From contig CAWAUM010000011.1 of assembly GCA_963785235.1 (NCBI GenBank), forward strand, positions 64,001 to 128,000: 64,000 bases of DNA, written 5' to 3'. The position numbers were made by a program, and so were the translations under genes. Positions 51,879 to 62,893 of this stretch are shown here, piece after piece. The stretch comes from an uncultured delta proteobacterium (GTDB taxonomy: Bacteria > Desulfobacterota > Desulfomonilia > UBA1062). Each line of letters starts with the position of its first letter. The first letter of the stretch is position 1. Under the pieces are notes generated by a model, which was not told the DNA's origin, did no database searches, and saw only the letters and a program-made list of their open reading frames with translations.

Positions 51879-54047
51879 TCACGCCTCCGCCAGAGTCTTT
51901 TCTTCTTCCGGATGGAAGGGGACTGAAAAGATAAAGGTCGATCCTGTCCCCTTCTGGCTTTCCACATCGACCCACCCGTCATGGGCGTTTGCAATGTACT
52001 GGACAAGGGACAGACCGAGGCCTGTGCCATTGTCCTTGGTGGTGAAATACGGGTCGAATATCCTCCTGGAGATCTCAGGGGGGATGCCGTATCCGGTATC
52101 CTTCACCAGGAGCAGGAAGTTGTCTTTGATCCCCATGAGGGATATCTCCAAACTGCCTCCAGAGGGCATTGCATCTTCCGCATTCTTAATGAGGTTTATC
52201 AAAAGCTGCTTGAATTGTCCACGGTCTATCATGATATTCGGCAGCCTTTCCTGGCATACGATGGCCGTTTCGATGGCTCTTCGCTTGAGCTCGGGCAGCA
52301 GCATGGACACTACGGTGGACACCTCGGTCTCCGGGTTTACGAGCTGTTTTTTCGGGCGTGGGAGGCGGGCATAGGACAGGTACTCGTCAGTGATCTGGGA
52401 GAGACGGTCAATCTCTTCCTTGATAATCCGGACGAGCTCAAGGCCCTCCTCGTTTTTGTCGTGCTCCTTGAGCTCGTCCTCCAGCAGTTCGGAATGGAGC
52501 AATATGGAGGTCAAAGGGTTGCGGATCTCGTGGGCCACATGGGCCGACATCTGGCCTACGGCTGCGAGTTTCTCAGCCTGTATGAGCTTCTCTGTGAGCG
52601 CCTTCTTATCCGTGATATCCACCGCATACTGGACAACATAGTCCACCTCACCCTTTGATCCGAACAAGGGGATGGCGCTCATATCGAAGAAGTAGGGCTT
52701 GCCGAGGATATCCATTCGTGTGTCCCTTTCGGTGACGATTCCTGCGCTTTTAAAGCACTTTTCCACGAGCCTGGTGTTGCAGATGCGCTCGTTTTCGGAA
52801 AAATCAAGGGAGCAGTGCTTGTCGATCACGTCTTCCCTCTTCAGGCCATAGAGGTCGCACAGACGCTGGTTGATGTCCGTGATGGTAAAGGCGGCATCGA
52901 TCATGGCCAGGTAATGCGGCACGCCGTTGAAGATGGTCTCCATCCGCTTGTGGGCTACAAGGACCTTGTCCGCCCACTTATTCCTCTCAGAGGCCCCGGC
53001 CCGGGCCCTGTTGATCCTGAGCATGATGATGGTTGCTATCAGCACGAAGCCTATGCTCACCGAGCCTAACATGAGGGTGTTGCGGAAGGTGCCGGACATG
53101 AGCGAGATGACCTCGCGGTACGGCGAAGTAGAGATGGTGACCCATCTTCTATTGAGAAAATGCACCGAAGAGAAGGCCAGGAGCTTTTTCGCCGGCTCTT
53201 TTTCAGGGTAGCTGGGGAAGATGAACTCATGCATGCCGTCATTTTTCAGGGTCATGGCATCCTGGATGGCATCCACGCCCGATATCTTTAAGCCCTGCTT
53301 CTTGAGCCCGATGATCACATCATTCAGATTGAGCCCGATCCATTTCGGGTTGGGGTGGTAGAGGATCATGCCTGTCTCGTCGAGCATCCAGACATAACCG
53401 GATTTTGACGGCCTGATGGGTGCTACATAGTGGGCAGTGATATTCGACAGGTCGATGGCACAGCCGATTACACCATGGAATTTACCATCATCGCCCTTTA
53501 AGGGGAAAGAGATGATAAAGGTCTCGAAGCGTCCGGGTATATCGTAATACTGTTCTCCCCCCACCATGATGATGTCCGAGACATAGGGGACATTAAGCTC
53601 CCTGGCCACACGGAAATAGGTCCTGAAGCTGAAATCTTTGCCCTCGAGCCCCGGGAGGAGTTGTCTGGGGTAGTGGTAGCGCATGATGCCGCTTTTGTCC
53701 TCCCAGAACACGAATATCACCTTGCTCTTCAATGAGTTGAAAACATTCTGAACCGATACCCTGATGGCCTCAGGATCGCCGTTGGATACCCCTTTGATGT
53801 GGGCGGTGAGGCTCAGGCTGTTGGTGATGTCGTGCATATACTGCTCGATACCCATGGCTGTCTGCTGGGCCAGCAGACCCTGCTCGCGGTTGAACTGGGC
53901 TGCCATTTCCCTCTCGACGCCGTGGTAGGAGTACATGGCGAACATGATCACGAAGCCGAGAACAATAAAGGTGCCCAACCAGATGAGGATATCCCACTTG
54001 GTCTCTTTGAGTTCTATGGTATGCCGCTTTGTCGTATTTTGTCTCAT
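51879..54047 (-). CDS. sensor histidine kinase (2 TM, dCache-like, PAS, HisKA, HATPase)
   Basis: AHEIRNPL, NLIKNA, DTGYG, FTTK, GTGLGL. Confidence 0.93.
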   Translation of the reverse strand: MRQNTTKRHTIELKETKWDILIWLGTFIVLGFVIMFAMYSYHGVEREMAAQFNREQGLLAQQTAMGIEQYMHDITNSLSLTAHIKGVSNGDPEAIRVSVQNVFNSLKSKVIFVFWEDKSGIMRYHYPRQLLPGLEGKDFSFRTYFRVARELNVPYVSDIIMVGGEQYYDIPGRFETFIISFPLKGDDGKFHGVIGCAIDLSNITAHYVAPIRPSKSGYVWMLDETGMILYHPNPKWIGLNLNDVIIGLKKQGLKISGVDAIQDAMTLKNDGMHEFIFPSYPEKEPAKKLLAFSSVHFLNRRWVTISTSPYREVISLMSGTFRNTLMLGSVSIGFVLIATIIMLRINRARAGASERNKWADKVLVAHKRMETIFNGVPHYLAMIDAAFTITDINQRLCDLYGLKREDVIDKHCSLDFSENERICNTRLVEKCFKSAGIVTERDTRMDILGKPYFFDMSAIPLFGSKGEVDYVVQYAVDITDKKALTEKLIQAEKLAAVGQMSAHVAHEIRNPLTSILLHSELLEDELKEHDKNEEGLELVRIIKEEIDRLSQITDEYLSYARLPRPKKQLVNPETEVSTVVSMLLPELKRRAIETAIVCQERLPNIMIDRGQFKQLLINLIKNAEDAMPSGGSLEISLMGIKDNFLLLVKDTGYGIPPEISRRIFDPYFTTKDNGTGLGLSLVQYIANAHDGWVDVESQKGTGSTFIFSVPFHPEEEKTLAEA

Positions 54048-54053
54048 ACGGAA

Positions 54054-55412
54054 TCACCCCAAAAAGGTGTTTATCCCGATGTGCCGGGGCAGGGTTGCGG
54101 CCCTGAGCAACAGGTCTTCGTAGTCGAGGGCAAACAGGGGGCTGATCTCTACGGATATGCCAGGGTCCACATCCACCCCGAGCCGTTTCAGCCAGGAGGT
54201 ATGCAGCTCGCTCTGGAGCAGCCGGGAACTATCAAGGGAATCCGCACCAGTGAGGTTTTTGACCGGGGCGAACTCCTCTTGGCGCATAACTTCGAGGGTA
54301 ATGGTCTTATCCGCCAGGGGCAGCGCATCGAAGAGAAAGGCCTCGAACTTGATGCCGGGGGTCTCCATGGGTCTTCCCTCCGGTCCCCGGACAGTGATCA
54401 TTTTCCGGGCGCGGTGGAACGGCAGTTTGGTCCCCCCTGCGGTGATCTCCTCGGCGAATGTCCGGGTGATCATGTGTATGGCGAGGTTCCCTGCCCAGTG
54501 GAGCATTTCACCATCAGATCCTTTTGCATATCTAACCTCATCACTCATATCACTGTATTCCAGCAGGGTGGTCTTGTTGTTGATTCTTGTGATAACCCCC
54601 ACTTTTTCCTCATAGGTTGACTTTCTGACCACCTTGGAGGACATCTGTGCGCCTGAGAGGTTGTGGAGCCCGAGAAACAGGGGGTCACACACCTTTGCCA
54701 GGGGGTTATCCACCTGGAAATAGAATATTTCCTCGATGCCGAGGTCCTTCATCAGGCGTAAAGAACCGCTGGTGCGCAATGCATTGAAGGTGCCCCCATG
54801 GCCGTCGGGGTTCATGAAGAGCCCGCCGTCTTGCCCAATGATGAATTTCCCTTCTGCGGTTACGGACGGCAGCATCCCCTGGACGAAGAAATACACACGA
54901 TCCCGGTTCAGCCCGAAATACGCGTTATCCCGGAAGTATTCTCGAGTAGGGCCGTCATTTTCCCTGGAGGTCATGATGAACCATGGGATTTTGCCCTGGA
55001 ACTTATGCTCAAGCGCAAGGATCTTTTCTGCAAAAAGCATAAAGAGGCTTTTCCCCTTCACCGGGGTTACCCCTACAACGCCCTTTGGTGCATCAATGCC
55101 CAAGCGGGACCCCTGGCCGCCTGCAACAACAAGTGCTGCAACCTTGCCCGAGCGAAGAAGCTCATGGCCGCGGCGGATGTATACAGAAGCCTCCCCGGAT
55201 GAGGCGAAGGTTGCAGGGATGATATCCGCAGGCTCCACCTCGCCTTGAGGCGGCTCGTAGAGGGTCTCGCCCCTGATGAGCCTCTCCACAAGGTCCATAT
55301 CCACCCCTTCAAGATCGGTTGCGATCCGTTCCATCAAGAGGGGATTATCCCTACTGCTTAGTAGACTTGCGATATGGTCCTGGCCCAGTCTGTTTAGCCT
55401 TTTGACGAGCAT
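54054..55412 (-). CDS. UDPGP-family uridylyltransferase (UAP1-like UDP-GlcNAc/UDP-sugar pyrophosphorylase)
   Basis: VAGGQGSRLG..APKG, MTS, PDGHGG, QVDNPL, EYS, KFEAFLFD, EFAPVKN. Confidence 0.9.
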   Translation of the reverse strand: MLVKRLNRLGQDHIASLLSSRDNPLLMERIATDLEGVDMDLVERLIRGETLYEPPQGEVEPADIIPATFASSGEASVYIRRGHELLRSGKVAALVVAGGQGSRLGIDAPKGVVGVTPVKGKSLFMLFAEKILALEHKFQGKIPWFIMTSRENDGPTREYFRDNAYFGLNRDRVYFFVQGMLPSVTAEGKFIIGQDGGLFMNPDGHGGTFNALRTSGSLRLMKDLGIEEIFYFQVDNPLAKVCDPLFLGLHNLSGAQMSSKVVRKSTYEEKVGVITRINNKTTLLEYSDMSDEVRYAKGSDGEMLHWAGNLAIHMITRTFAEEITAGGTKLPFHRARKMITVRGPEGRPMETPGIKFEAFLFDALPLADKTITLEVMRQEEFAPVKNLTGADSLDSSRLLQSELHTSWLKRLGVDVDPGISVEISPLFALDYEDLLLRAATLPRHIGINTFLG

Positions 55413-56637
55413 CCAAGATCTCCCGTATCCTTTTTTCTACCCCTGTGTCCCCAGGGGTGTAAAACGCTGCCTTGGGCAGATTTTCCGGCATATAGTCGAG
55501 TGTCAACGCACCGGCGGGGTCATCATGCGCATAGATGTACCCTTCTGAATAGCCGAGCTCTTTCATGAGCCGAGTAGGGGCGTTTCTCAGGTAAAGAGGA
55601 ATCGACGGCGTTCCGGTCTTCCGGATCAGGTCCGCAACCCTTTTTTCAGCCATATATACGGCGTTGCTCTTGGGGGCGCAGGCAAGGTATATGGCTGCCT
55701 CATAGAGTGCGATATCCCCTTCCGGGCTGCCAACAAAGGTGAAGGCATCCTTGGCGCTGGTGGCGATGCGCAACGCATTGGGGTCTGCCATGCCGATGTC
55801 TTCACAGGCGAGACGGATCATGCGTCTCAAGATAAAGAGCCTGTCTTCGCCTGCCTCCATCATCCTGCCGAGCCAGTAGATGCTTGCGTCCACATCGCTC
55901 GCCCGAACGCTCTTATGGAAGGCGCTTATGAGGTCATAATGGTTCTCGCCGGAGCGGTCATGATAGAGCGGCCGGTCCATAAGACCTTTCAGGTCTTCGA
56001 GTTCTATCTGTTCCTTATCGATGTTCGTAATCACAAGCTCCAGCAGATTCAATGCGGCACGGGCATCTCCGTCAGCCGCCCTGGCCATGGCGGCCAGGCA
56101 TTCTGCCGATAGGGTCTTCTTCTGGGATTTGATGAGGGTGTCCTGGTTGACGGCGCGTTTGAGGATTTCCTCGATAACACCGGTACTCAAGGCCTTGAGC
56201 ACGATCACCTGGGTTCTGGACATGAGCGGTGAGGTAATGGCGAACGATGGATTCTCGGTGGTGGCGCCGATGAGGATGATATTGCCATTTTCCACAAAGG
56301 GCAGCAACGCATCCTGCTGCACCCTTGTGAACCGGTGGATCTCGTCTATGAAGACGATGGGCTTCTTTTCGCTCTGTGCCGCCGTACCGGTCACGCGGCG
56401 GATTTCCTGGACGCCTCCGGTAATGGCGCTGATGGTGAAGAAGGAATCCGGATACATGCGCTCGATAATGCTTGCCACGCTTGTCTTTCCGGAGCCTGGC
56501 GGACCCCAGAGCATGGCCGAGCGAAGATTCCCTTTTGAATAGTCCTTCAGCAGTGTTCCGGCATCATCCTGTCCCAGGAGGTCGTCCACACTCGATGGTC
56601 TTACCCTGAACGCAAGGGGTGGCAGCTGTTTCGGCAT
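55351..56637 (-). CDS. rarA: replication-associated recombination protein A (MgsA)
   Basis: PLAFRVRP, WGPPGSGKT, FIDEIHRF, GATTENP, HYDLISAFHKS, EDIGMADP. Confidence 0.95.
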   Translation of the reverse strand: MPKQLPPLAFRVRPSSVDDLLGQDDAGTLLKDYSKGNLRSAMLWGPPGSGKTSVASIIERMYPDSFFTISAITGGVQEIRRVTGTAAQSEKKPIVFIDEIHRFTRVQQDALLPFVENGNIILIGATTENPSFAITSPLMSRTQVIVLKALSTGVIEEILKRAVNQDTLIKSQKKTLSAECLAAMARAADGDARAALNLLELVITNIDKEQIELEDLKGLMDRPLYHDRSGENHYDLISAFHKSVRASDVDASIYWLGRMMEAGEDRLFILRRMIRLACEDIGMADPNALRIATSAKDAFTFVGSPEGDIALYEAAIYLACAPKSNAVYMAEKRVADLIRKTGTPSIPLYLRNAPTRLMKELGYSEGYIYAHDDPAGALTLDYMPENLPKAAFYTPGDTGVEKRIREILDARQKAKQTGPGPYRKSTKQ

Positions 56638-56950
56638 AAAGGGATATATAGCATAAAACCGTCCATGAAAGGAAAAAGAGAAAACCTTATTTTTTATCCT
56701 TATGTGATTCCGGAACCTGACGATACAATTAAATAGGTTCTTCAAGATTCATTCCCCATAGAACCTCCTCATTTTGCAGGCCAACGCGGCCTGCATTTTT
56801 TTTGCCCTGACGAAAGGCATGGGGATACGGGTTTAGGATCATGGCATTCACTAGGTATGTAGAGGCTCAGATCCTTACACCTGGTCCCATATGCCTGACA
56901 CCTTATACCTTGACAAACCTTCTTCTTTGATTGTAGAAGGCCTGGTGTGA

Positions 56951-57027
<77 letters not shown>

Positions 57028-57087
57028 TTTAATTATATCAATGAGTTACAGAGAAAATCAAAACTGCTGTTTCAGTGAATTCCGAGG

Positions 57088-57116
57088 CTTGACTTTTTTC
57101 TCTTGCGACCCCATAT
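57088..57116 (+). promoter_or_regulatory. sigma32 (RpoH)-like promoter upstream of htpX
   Basis: CTTGAC-15 bp-CCCCATAT. Confidence 0.6.
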
Positions 57117-57176
57117 GTAATTTGACTGATTCATAGAGGCTATGGCATATAGTTATATCCTGTTATTGCTGCGGCA

Positions 57177-57271
57177 GTAAAGGGGAGTAGCTGAATCAGT
57201 GGACATCGTCAACACGGCAGAGATGCCCGGTGCCACTGGTTAGGGAATAACCTAACAAGCGAGACCTTTAC
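57177..57271 (+). ncRNA. yybP-ykoY (Mn2+) riboswitch aptamer
   Basis: GTAAAGGGGAGTAGC...CGTCAACAC...CGGT...AGCGAGACCTTTAC signature. Confidence 0.85.
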
Positions 57272-57307
57272 CGTGATCGAGTACATCGCGGTAAAGGTCT
57301 TTTTTTT
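57262..57307 (+). terminator. riboswitch expression-platform terminator
   Basis: AGACCTTTACCGTGAT-loop-ATCGCGGTAAAGGTCT plus T-run; overlaps the aptamer P1 3' strand. Confidence 0.8.
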
Positions 57308-57325
57308 AAGAAAGGAGGCACAGAC

Positions 57326-58174
57326 ATGAACATAATGAAAACGATGGTTCTTATGGTGGCACTGACATTGATGATGGTGTTCTTTGGCGGTTTGATGGGC
57401 GGAAAAACAGGAATGACCGTGGCACTCATCATGGCTTTCGGCATGAATTTTGTCACGTACTGGTTCAGTGACAAGATTGTGCTCAAGATGTACGGTGCCC
57501 AGCCCGTGACCGAGGCCGAAGCCCCGGAACTATACCGGATGATCGAAAAGCTTGCACAAAGGGCCTCACTTCCCATGCCGCGGCTCTATGTGATCGATGG
57601 TGACCAGCCCAATGCCTTTGCGACAGGCAGAAATCCGGAACATGGCGTGGTTGCGGTGACTAGGGGCATTATGCGGATCCTTTCACGCGAGGAGCTTGAA
57701 GGTGTCCTGGCACATGAACTGGCGCACATCAAACACCGGGATATCCTCATTGGCACGGTGGCAGCATCTGTCGCCGGTGCCATCAGCTACCTGGCACAGA
57801 TGGCGCAGTGGGCCATGATATTCGGCGGGCGCAGCGATGACGAAGGTGAGGGCGGTTCGGTTCTGTCTTCGCTTGTCATGATGATCGTCGGTCCGATTGC
57901 CGCCATGATCATCCAAATGGCCATCTCACGCTCGCGTGAATACGCCGCCGATGCCGGGGGGGCAAGGATAGCCGGTAATCCCATGTATCTTGCGAATGCC
58001 CTGCGTAAACTGCACATGGCCTCTCAACGGATACCCATGAATGCAAACCCGGCCACTGCACATATGTTCATAGTGAATCCTCTGAGCGGTGGGGGGCTCA
58101 TGAAGCTCTTCAGCACACATCCGCCCATGGAAGAGCGTATTGCCAGACTGGAATCAATGCGACCGGAGGCATAA
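57326..58174 (+). CDS. htpX: heat-shock membrane zinc protease HtpX
   Basis: [31 protein letters not shown]; SD AAGGAGG. Confidence 0.95.
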   Translation: MNIMKTMVLMVALTLMMVFFGGLMGGKTGMTVALIMAFGMNFVTYWFSDKIVLKMYGAQPVTEAEAPELYRMIEKLAQRASLPMPRLYVIDGDQPNAFATGRNPEHGVVAVTRGIMRILSREELEGVLAHELAHIKHRDILIGTVAASVAGAISYLAQMAQWAMIFGGRSDDEGEGGSVLSSLVMMIVGPIAAMIIQMAISRSREYAADAGGARIAGNPMYLANALRKLHMASQRIPMNANPATAHMFIVNPLSGGGLMKLFSTHPPMEERIARLESMRPEA

Positions 58175-58253
58175 GGGTAGGGGGTTAACCTGGCGAGATC
58201 CTAATCGATCCCATGCCCGCCACACTCTGTAATGAAGGAGATCACGTAGCACT

Positions 58254-58670
58254 ATGAGGCCCAAAACCAGAGATAGGCTGATAATCTGCGGGGAAGTCGG
58301 TTTGTTTGCAATCGTTCTCTTTGTTTTATGGCTTGATGAGTTCATTGATCTCCCCCATCTTTTTTTCGGAGCACCTTCGAAACCATTCAGGCTAGAGGAG
58401 TTTTTAATCGAGACTGTCTCAATTCTTATTGTTGCGGCAATCGTCATCGCCGTAACCTTTTTTATTCAGTATAGATCCAGGAGGATCGAGCAATTCTTGA
58501 GGGTCTGTGCATGGTGCAGAAAGGTATGGATGGATGATAAATGGGTACGTTTTGAAGATTATATACAAAAGAGCCAGGCTCTGAGATCTAGCCATGGCAT
58601 CTGTGAAGAATGCCTTTCAAAACAGAATTCAAAGGCCAAGCACAAGGATGAGGATAAACAGCAGCCCTGA
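58254..58670 (+). CDS. 2-TM protein with C-terminal CxxC...SHGICxxC zinc-binding module
   Basis: Two hydrophobic helices, then VCAWCRKV...W...SHGICEEC. Confidence 0.7.
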   Translation: MRPKTRDRLIICGEVGLFAIVLFVLWLDEFIDLPHLFFGAPSKPFRLEEFLIETVSILIVAAIVIAVTFFIQYRSRRIEQFLRVCAWCRKVWMDDKWVRFEDYIQKSQALRSSHGICEECLSKQNSKAKHKDEDKQQP

Positions 58671-58835
58671 TACCCGAAGCTGAAGGAGAACCTGTCAGCT
58701 GTCTCTCTGGCTGTTGTCAATAATGACCAGTACAATCCTCACTTGATAATCAACGAAAATGGCTGATCTCGAACTTAACTTGTGGTACAAATAGTATAGG
58801 AAAATAAGTGATAAGTATAATTGAAGGAGGAAATT

Positions 58836-59333
58836 ATGTCCAAATCAGAAGATGCGTTGAAAGAAGCTTTTGCCGGAGAATCACAGGCAAACCGAAAATA
58901 TCTGGCTTTTGCGGTTAAGGCCGATCAGGAAGGATTTCCGCAGGCGGCAAAATTGTTTCGGGCAGCCGCTGAAGCAGAAACAGTTCACGCCCATGCCCAT
59001 TTACGGGCATTAAAAGGAATTCGATCCACCAAGGAAAACTTGCAGGAGGCGATAGCCGGAGAAACTCACGAGTTTAAAAGCATGTATCCGGGAATGATTG
59101 AAGCGGCGAAGGTTGAAGGCAATAAAGAGGCCGAGCGATCTTTTAATTTTGCCAACGAAGTGGAGAAAATTCATGCCCGGCTCTATCAGCAAATGCTTGA
59201 TAATATGGAAAGTGCAAAAGAATCTTACAGCTATTATGTATGTCCGGTATGTGGATATACTTCAGAGAAGGAGGCGCCGGAGACTTGTCCTGTATGCGGG
59301 GCTAAAGGAAAGATGTTTAAAAAAGTTGATTAA
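58836..59333 (+). CDS. rbr: rubrerythrin
   Basis: AFAGESQA, EAETVHA, EKIH, C-terminal CPVCGY...CPVC. Confidence 0.93.
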   Translation: MSKSEDALKEAFAGESQANRKYLAFAVKADQEGFPQAAKLFRAAAEAETVHAHAHLRALKGIRSTKENLQEAIAGETHEFKSMYPGMIEAAKVEGNKEAERSFNFANEVEKIHARLYQQMLDNMESAKESYSYYVCPVCGYTSEKEAPETCPVCGAKGKMFKKVD

Positions 59334-59586
59334 AAGATAGTGTGGATGCCGGGGGCTAAACACCCCCGGCTACCCCATTTGGGAATATCGTAAAAGGGGC
59401 TGCAGAGTTCAAATTACTATAAGAACCCTCCCGGTCGGATATGGTGAGCCGGGATTTGAGTTTTCTGGCCTCGATGTGGTGCACCACATGCATCACCTTC
59501 AGAACCATGCATGCATGCCTCTTCTATGGACCCGCCTCGCAGAACCAGGCGCGCCCGTTCGATCTCACCCAGTGATAACTTGACGA

Positions 59587-62295
59587 TCACGGCAGGCCCC
59601 TTCTTTCCCTCCTGCGGACAAAGAACTTCTCAATACCCACTACCACCATTATCAGGGAAGCCGCGGCAAGAATGCGAACCCAGGAATCGAGGCCGATGGG
59701 TCTGCTGTGAAAGGCGGTGTTCATGGCAGGCACATAGGTGAAGAGCAGCTGAAGGATGAACATTAGACCAGCCCCGCCGAACACCGAGAGATTGGAGAAG
59801 AACCCCACCTCGAAAACGGATTTCGTGAGAGACCGGCAGTTGAAAAGGTACATGAGTTCGCCCATGACGAACACGTTCACCGCCACGGTCCTGGCCTCTG
59901 CTATGCCTGTACCGCTGGATAATTCATACTCGAAGAGCCCGAATGCACCCAGAAGCAGCAGGAAACCCACGATGGCGATCCGCCATATGAGCGTGCGGGT
60001 GAGGATGGGCTCTTTCGGGTCGCGCGGCGCCCTCTTCATGATGCCCGGCTCCTTGGGTTCGAACACCAGCATGAGGCCCAGCAGCACGGCCGTAGTCATG
60101 TTGATCCACAGGATCTGCACCGGCAGGATGGGCAGGGTCACCCCCGCGAATATGGCCGCCAGGATCACCAGACCCTCGCCGATGTTTGTGGGCAGGGTCC
60201 AGACGATGAACTTGGTGAGGTTGTCGAAGGTTCCCCTGCCTTCCTCCACCGCCGCCTCGATGGATGCGAAGTTGTCGTCGGTGAGCACCATGTCCGAGGC
60301 CTCCTTGGCCACGTCCGTGCCCGTGATGCCCATGGCCACGCCGATATTGGCCCGCTTCAGGGCGGGCGCGTCGTTCACCCCGTCGCCGGTCATGGCCACG
60401 ATGTTTCCCCTTGCCTGCAGGGCCTCCACCAGGCGGAGCTTCTGCTCGGGGGCCACCCGGGCAAACACCGATACGTCCTCCACGATATCGATGATCTCAG
60501 CGTCGCTGATGCTGCCAGCTCCCTGCCGGTGACAACCTTCCCTGCATTGTGCAGGCCGATCCTGGCTGCGATGGCCGAGGCGGTGAGCGCATGGTCGCCG
60601 GTGATCATCTTCACGTGGATGCCGGCACTGTGGCAGTTCCTGCACCGCTTCGACGGCCTCGTTCCGGGGCGGGTCGATCATCCCCTGCAGCCCCAGGAAG
60701 GTCAGCCCCGAGGCGATATCCTTGTGGTCGATCTTTTCCCTGCCGTCCTCAATGGCCTTCCGGGCAAAGGCAAGCACCCTGAGCCCTTTGGCGGCCATGG
60801 CGTCCACGGCCGCGTGGATGGCCGCAGTATCCAGATCAACTGGAGAGCCCTGCGGGTCCAGGGCCGAGGTGCAGCGCTCCAGCAGCGCCTCGACCGATCC
60901 CTTGACAAACGCCACGGCGGTCCTCCCCGGCAGATCGCCATGCAGGGTGGCCATGTACTGGTGGTGCGATTCAAAGGGGATGGTGTCGAGACGCCTGAAC
61001 CGGGCACTCTCCTGCTCCATGAAAAGGCCGGCCTTTGCCGCTGCGGCAATGAGGGCCCCCTCGGTGGGGTCGCCCTGCACGGTGAGGCGCTCCTCCTTTT
61101 CCACGAGCAGGCTGTCGTTGCACAGCAGGCCGCACCTGAGTGTCTCCATGAGAGCCTCGGACAGAGGGCCGTCTGATTGAGCGTCTGCACGGACGATCTC
61201 GCCCTCAGACGCATAGCCGGTACCGCTCACCGTATATGCATCACTGCCGGCAGCGATCTCCTGGACCGTCATCTGGTTCTCGGTGAGCGTGCCTGTCTTG
61301 TCCGAGCAGATGACCGTGGTGCTGCCCAGGGTCTCCACGGCCGGCAGCTTGCGGATGATGGCCCGCCTCCTGGCCATGCGCGCCACGCCGATGGCGAGCG
61401 TGATGGTCATGGCTGCGGGCAGGCCCTCAGGGATGGCGCCCACGGCAAGGGCCACGGCTGCCATGAACATCTCGAAGGCACTCTGGCCTCTCAGCATACC
61501 CACCGCAAAGGTGGCCAGCGGCAAGCCCCAGGATCAGGTAGAGCAGGATCCTGCTGAATTCCGCGATCTTCTGAAGAAGCGGGGTCTCGAGTTCTTCGGT
61601 GGAAGAGATAAGCTCCGAGATGCGGCCCACCTCCGTGTTGTCGCCGATGGCCACCACCACGCCCGAAGCCTGTCCGTAGGTGACCAGGGCCGAGCCGTAG
61701 ACCATGTTCTTCCGGTCGGCCAGGATCGTATCGTGGGGAAGCTGCGCTGTGTCCTTCTCAACGGCCACGGACTCCCCGGTGAGCGCCGACTCGTCCACCT
61801 GCAGGTCCCGGGCAGGCGATCAGGCGCATATCCGCAGGGACCTTGTCTCCCGGACTGGAGCAGGACAATGTCGCCCGGCACCACCTCGGCAGAGGATATC
61901 CTCGTCTTTGCTCCCGAGCGCACGACCGTCGCTTCGGTGACCATGGTCTTTGCCAGGGCCTCCATGGCCTTGACCGCCTTGGCCTCCTGGATGAAGCCTA
62001 TGATCGCATTGACTATCACAACACCGAAGATGACCCCGGCGTCCACCCATTCCTGGAGCAGGGCCGTGATGAGCCCGGCCGCCAGAAGGATATAGACCAG
62101 GGGCTGGTGGAACTGCAGGAGAAACCGGAGCAGGGGGCTCTTGCCCTTCTTAGTGGTCAGGACATTATAACCGAAGCGCTCGCGCCGGTGGTTGATTTCG
62201 AAGAGGTCAAGGCCCCGCTCACGATCGCTTTCCAGGAGATCGACCACCTCGTCGGCTGGCAGGTAGTGCCAGTGTTTCCCGATCAGTTTATCCAT
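59587..62295 (-). CDS. cation-transporting P-type ATPase (P2A, Ca2+/Mn2+-type); about 5 apparent indels
   Basis: [27 protein letters not shown] and [11 protein letters not shown] recovered across frames. Confidence 0.9.
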
Positions 62296-62348
62296 GACGT
62301 TCCTTTTAGCCCAGTGTTTTGAAACCAGCGACGTTCTCAATCTCTTCT

Positions 62349-62371
62349 GAGTAACTTCAAAAAAGTTACTC
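62349..62371. promoter_or_regulatory. 9-5-9 palindrome upstream of the P-type ATPase (candidate operator)
   Basis: GAGTAACTT-CAAAA-AAGTTACTC. Confidence 0.45.
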
Positions 62372-62422
62372 TATGAGAAAGCGCCGTCCAGGCGGTGTGG
62401 GACGCTATTTATTTACGTATCC

Positions 62423-62620
62423 TTAACCGGCAATACGCTTAACGGACTTGTCAGCAATTAGGTCGTTCAGTTCCTGCATCAGCACTCGTTCATGCGCATC
62501 AATCACACCGTCAGCATGGATCAACTCAAAGATCTCTTCGTACTCTGAGTTCGTGATAACATGGTCATCAATGGCTTTCTTAATGATCTCTTCAAGTTTT
62601 TTTCCGCTCTTGGTAAGCAT
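62423..62620 (-). CDS. small acidic protein with two EF-hand/TerB-like loops
   Basis: DDHVITNSE and ADGVIDAHE; SD GGAGG. Confidence 0.7.
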   Translation of the reverse strand: MLTKSGKKLEEIIKKAIDDHVITNSEYEEIFELIHADGVIDAHERVLMQELNDLIADKSVKRIAG

Positions 62621-62893
62621 CTACCTTCCTCCATGCGCAGTCTGTATTGTTTGCAGCAAATTATCATATCTCACCATCTTTTTCCAGAAATTTCAATAGA
62701 TAACATGCCATCCACATGCCCTGATGTTGAGCGCCCGTGAAGCATAGATCTTGACTCAAGAAGCAGCTCTTATCGGACCTAAAAGGTTTGGTGCCACCAT
62801 AAACTAGTACAGCTGACCGGTTGGCTTCATCAATACAGGGTTTATTGTATAATTGCAGGGGGAACAGGTATTGATTGGCAAATCCCGGTCTTT

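Noticed and set aside
56638-56745. N-terminal extensions given by the ORF track for rarA (also ssb, the aminotransferase and 50822-52030)
   Set aside because: Family N-termini and/or SD positions support the shorter starts used here.
57036-57048. IHF-like TATCAATGAGTTA after tRNA-fMet as evidence of an integrated element
   Set aside because: I found no integrase or duplicated tRNA 3' end downstream, and the motif alone is insufficient.
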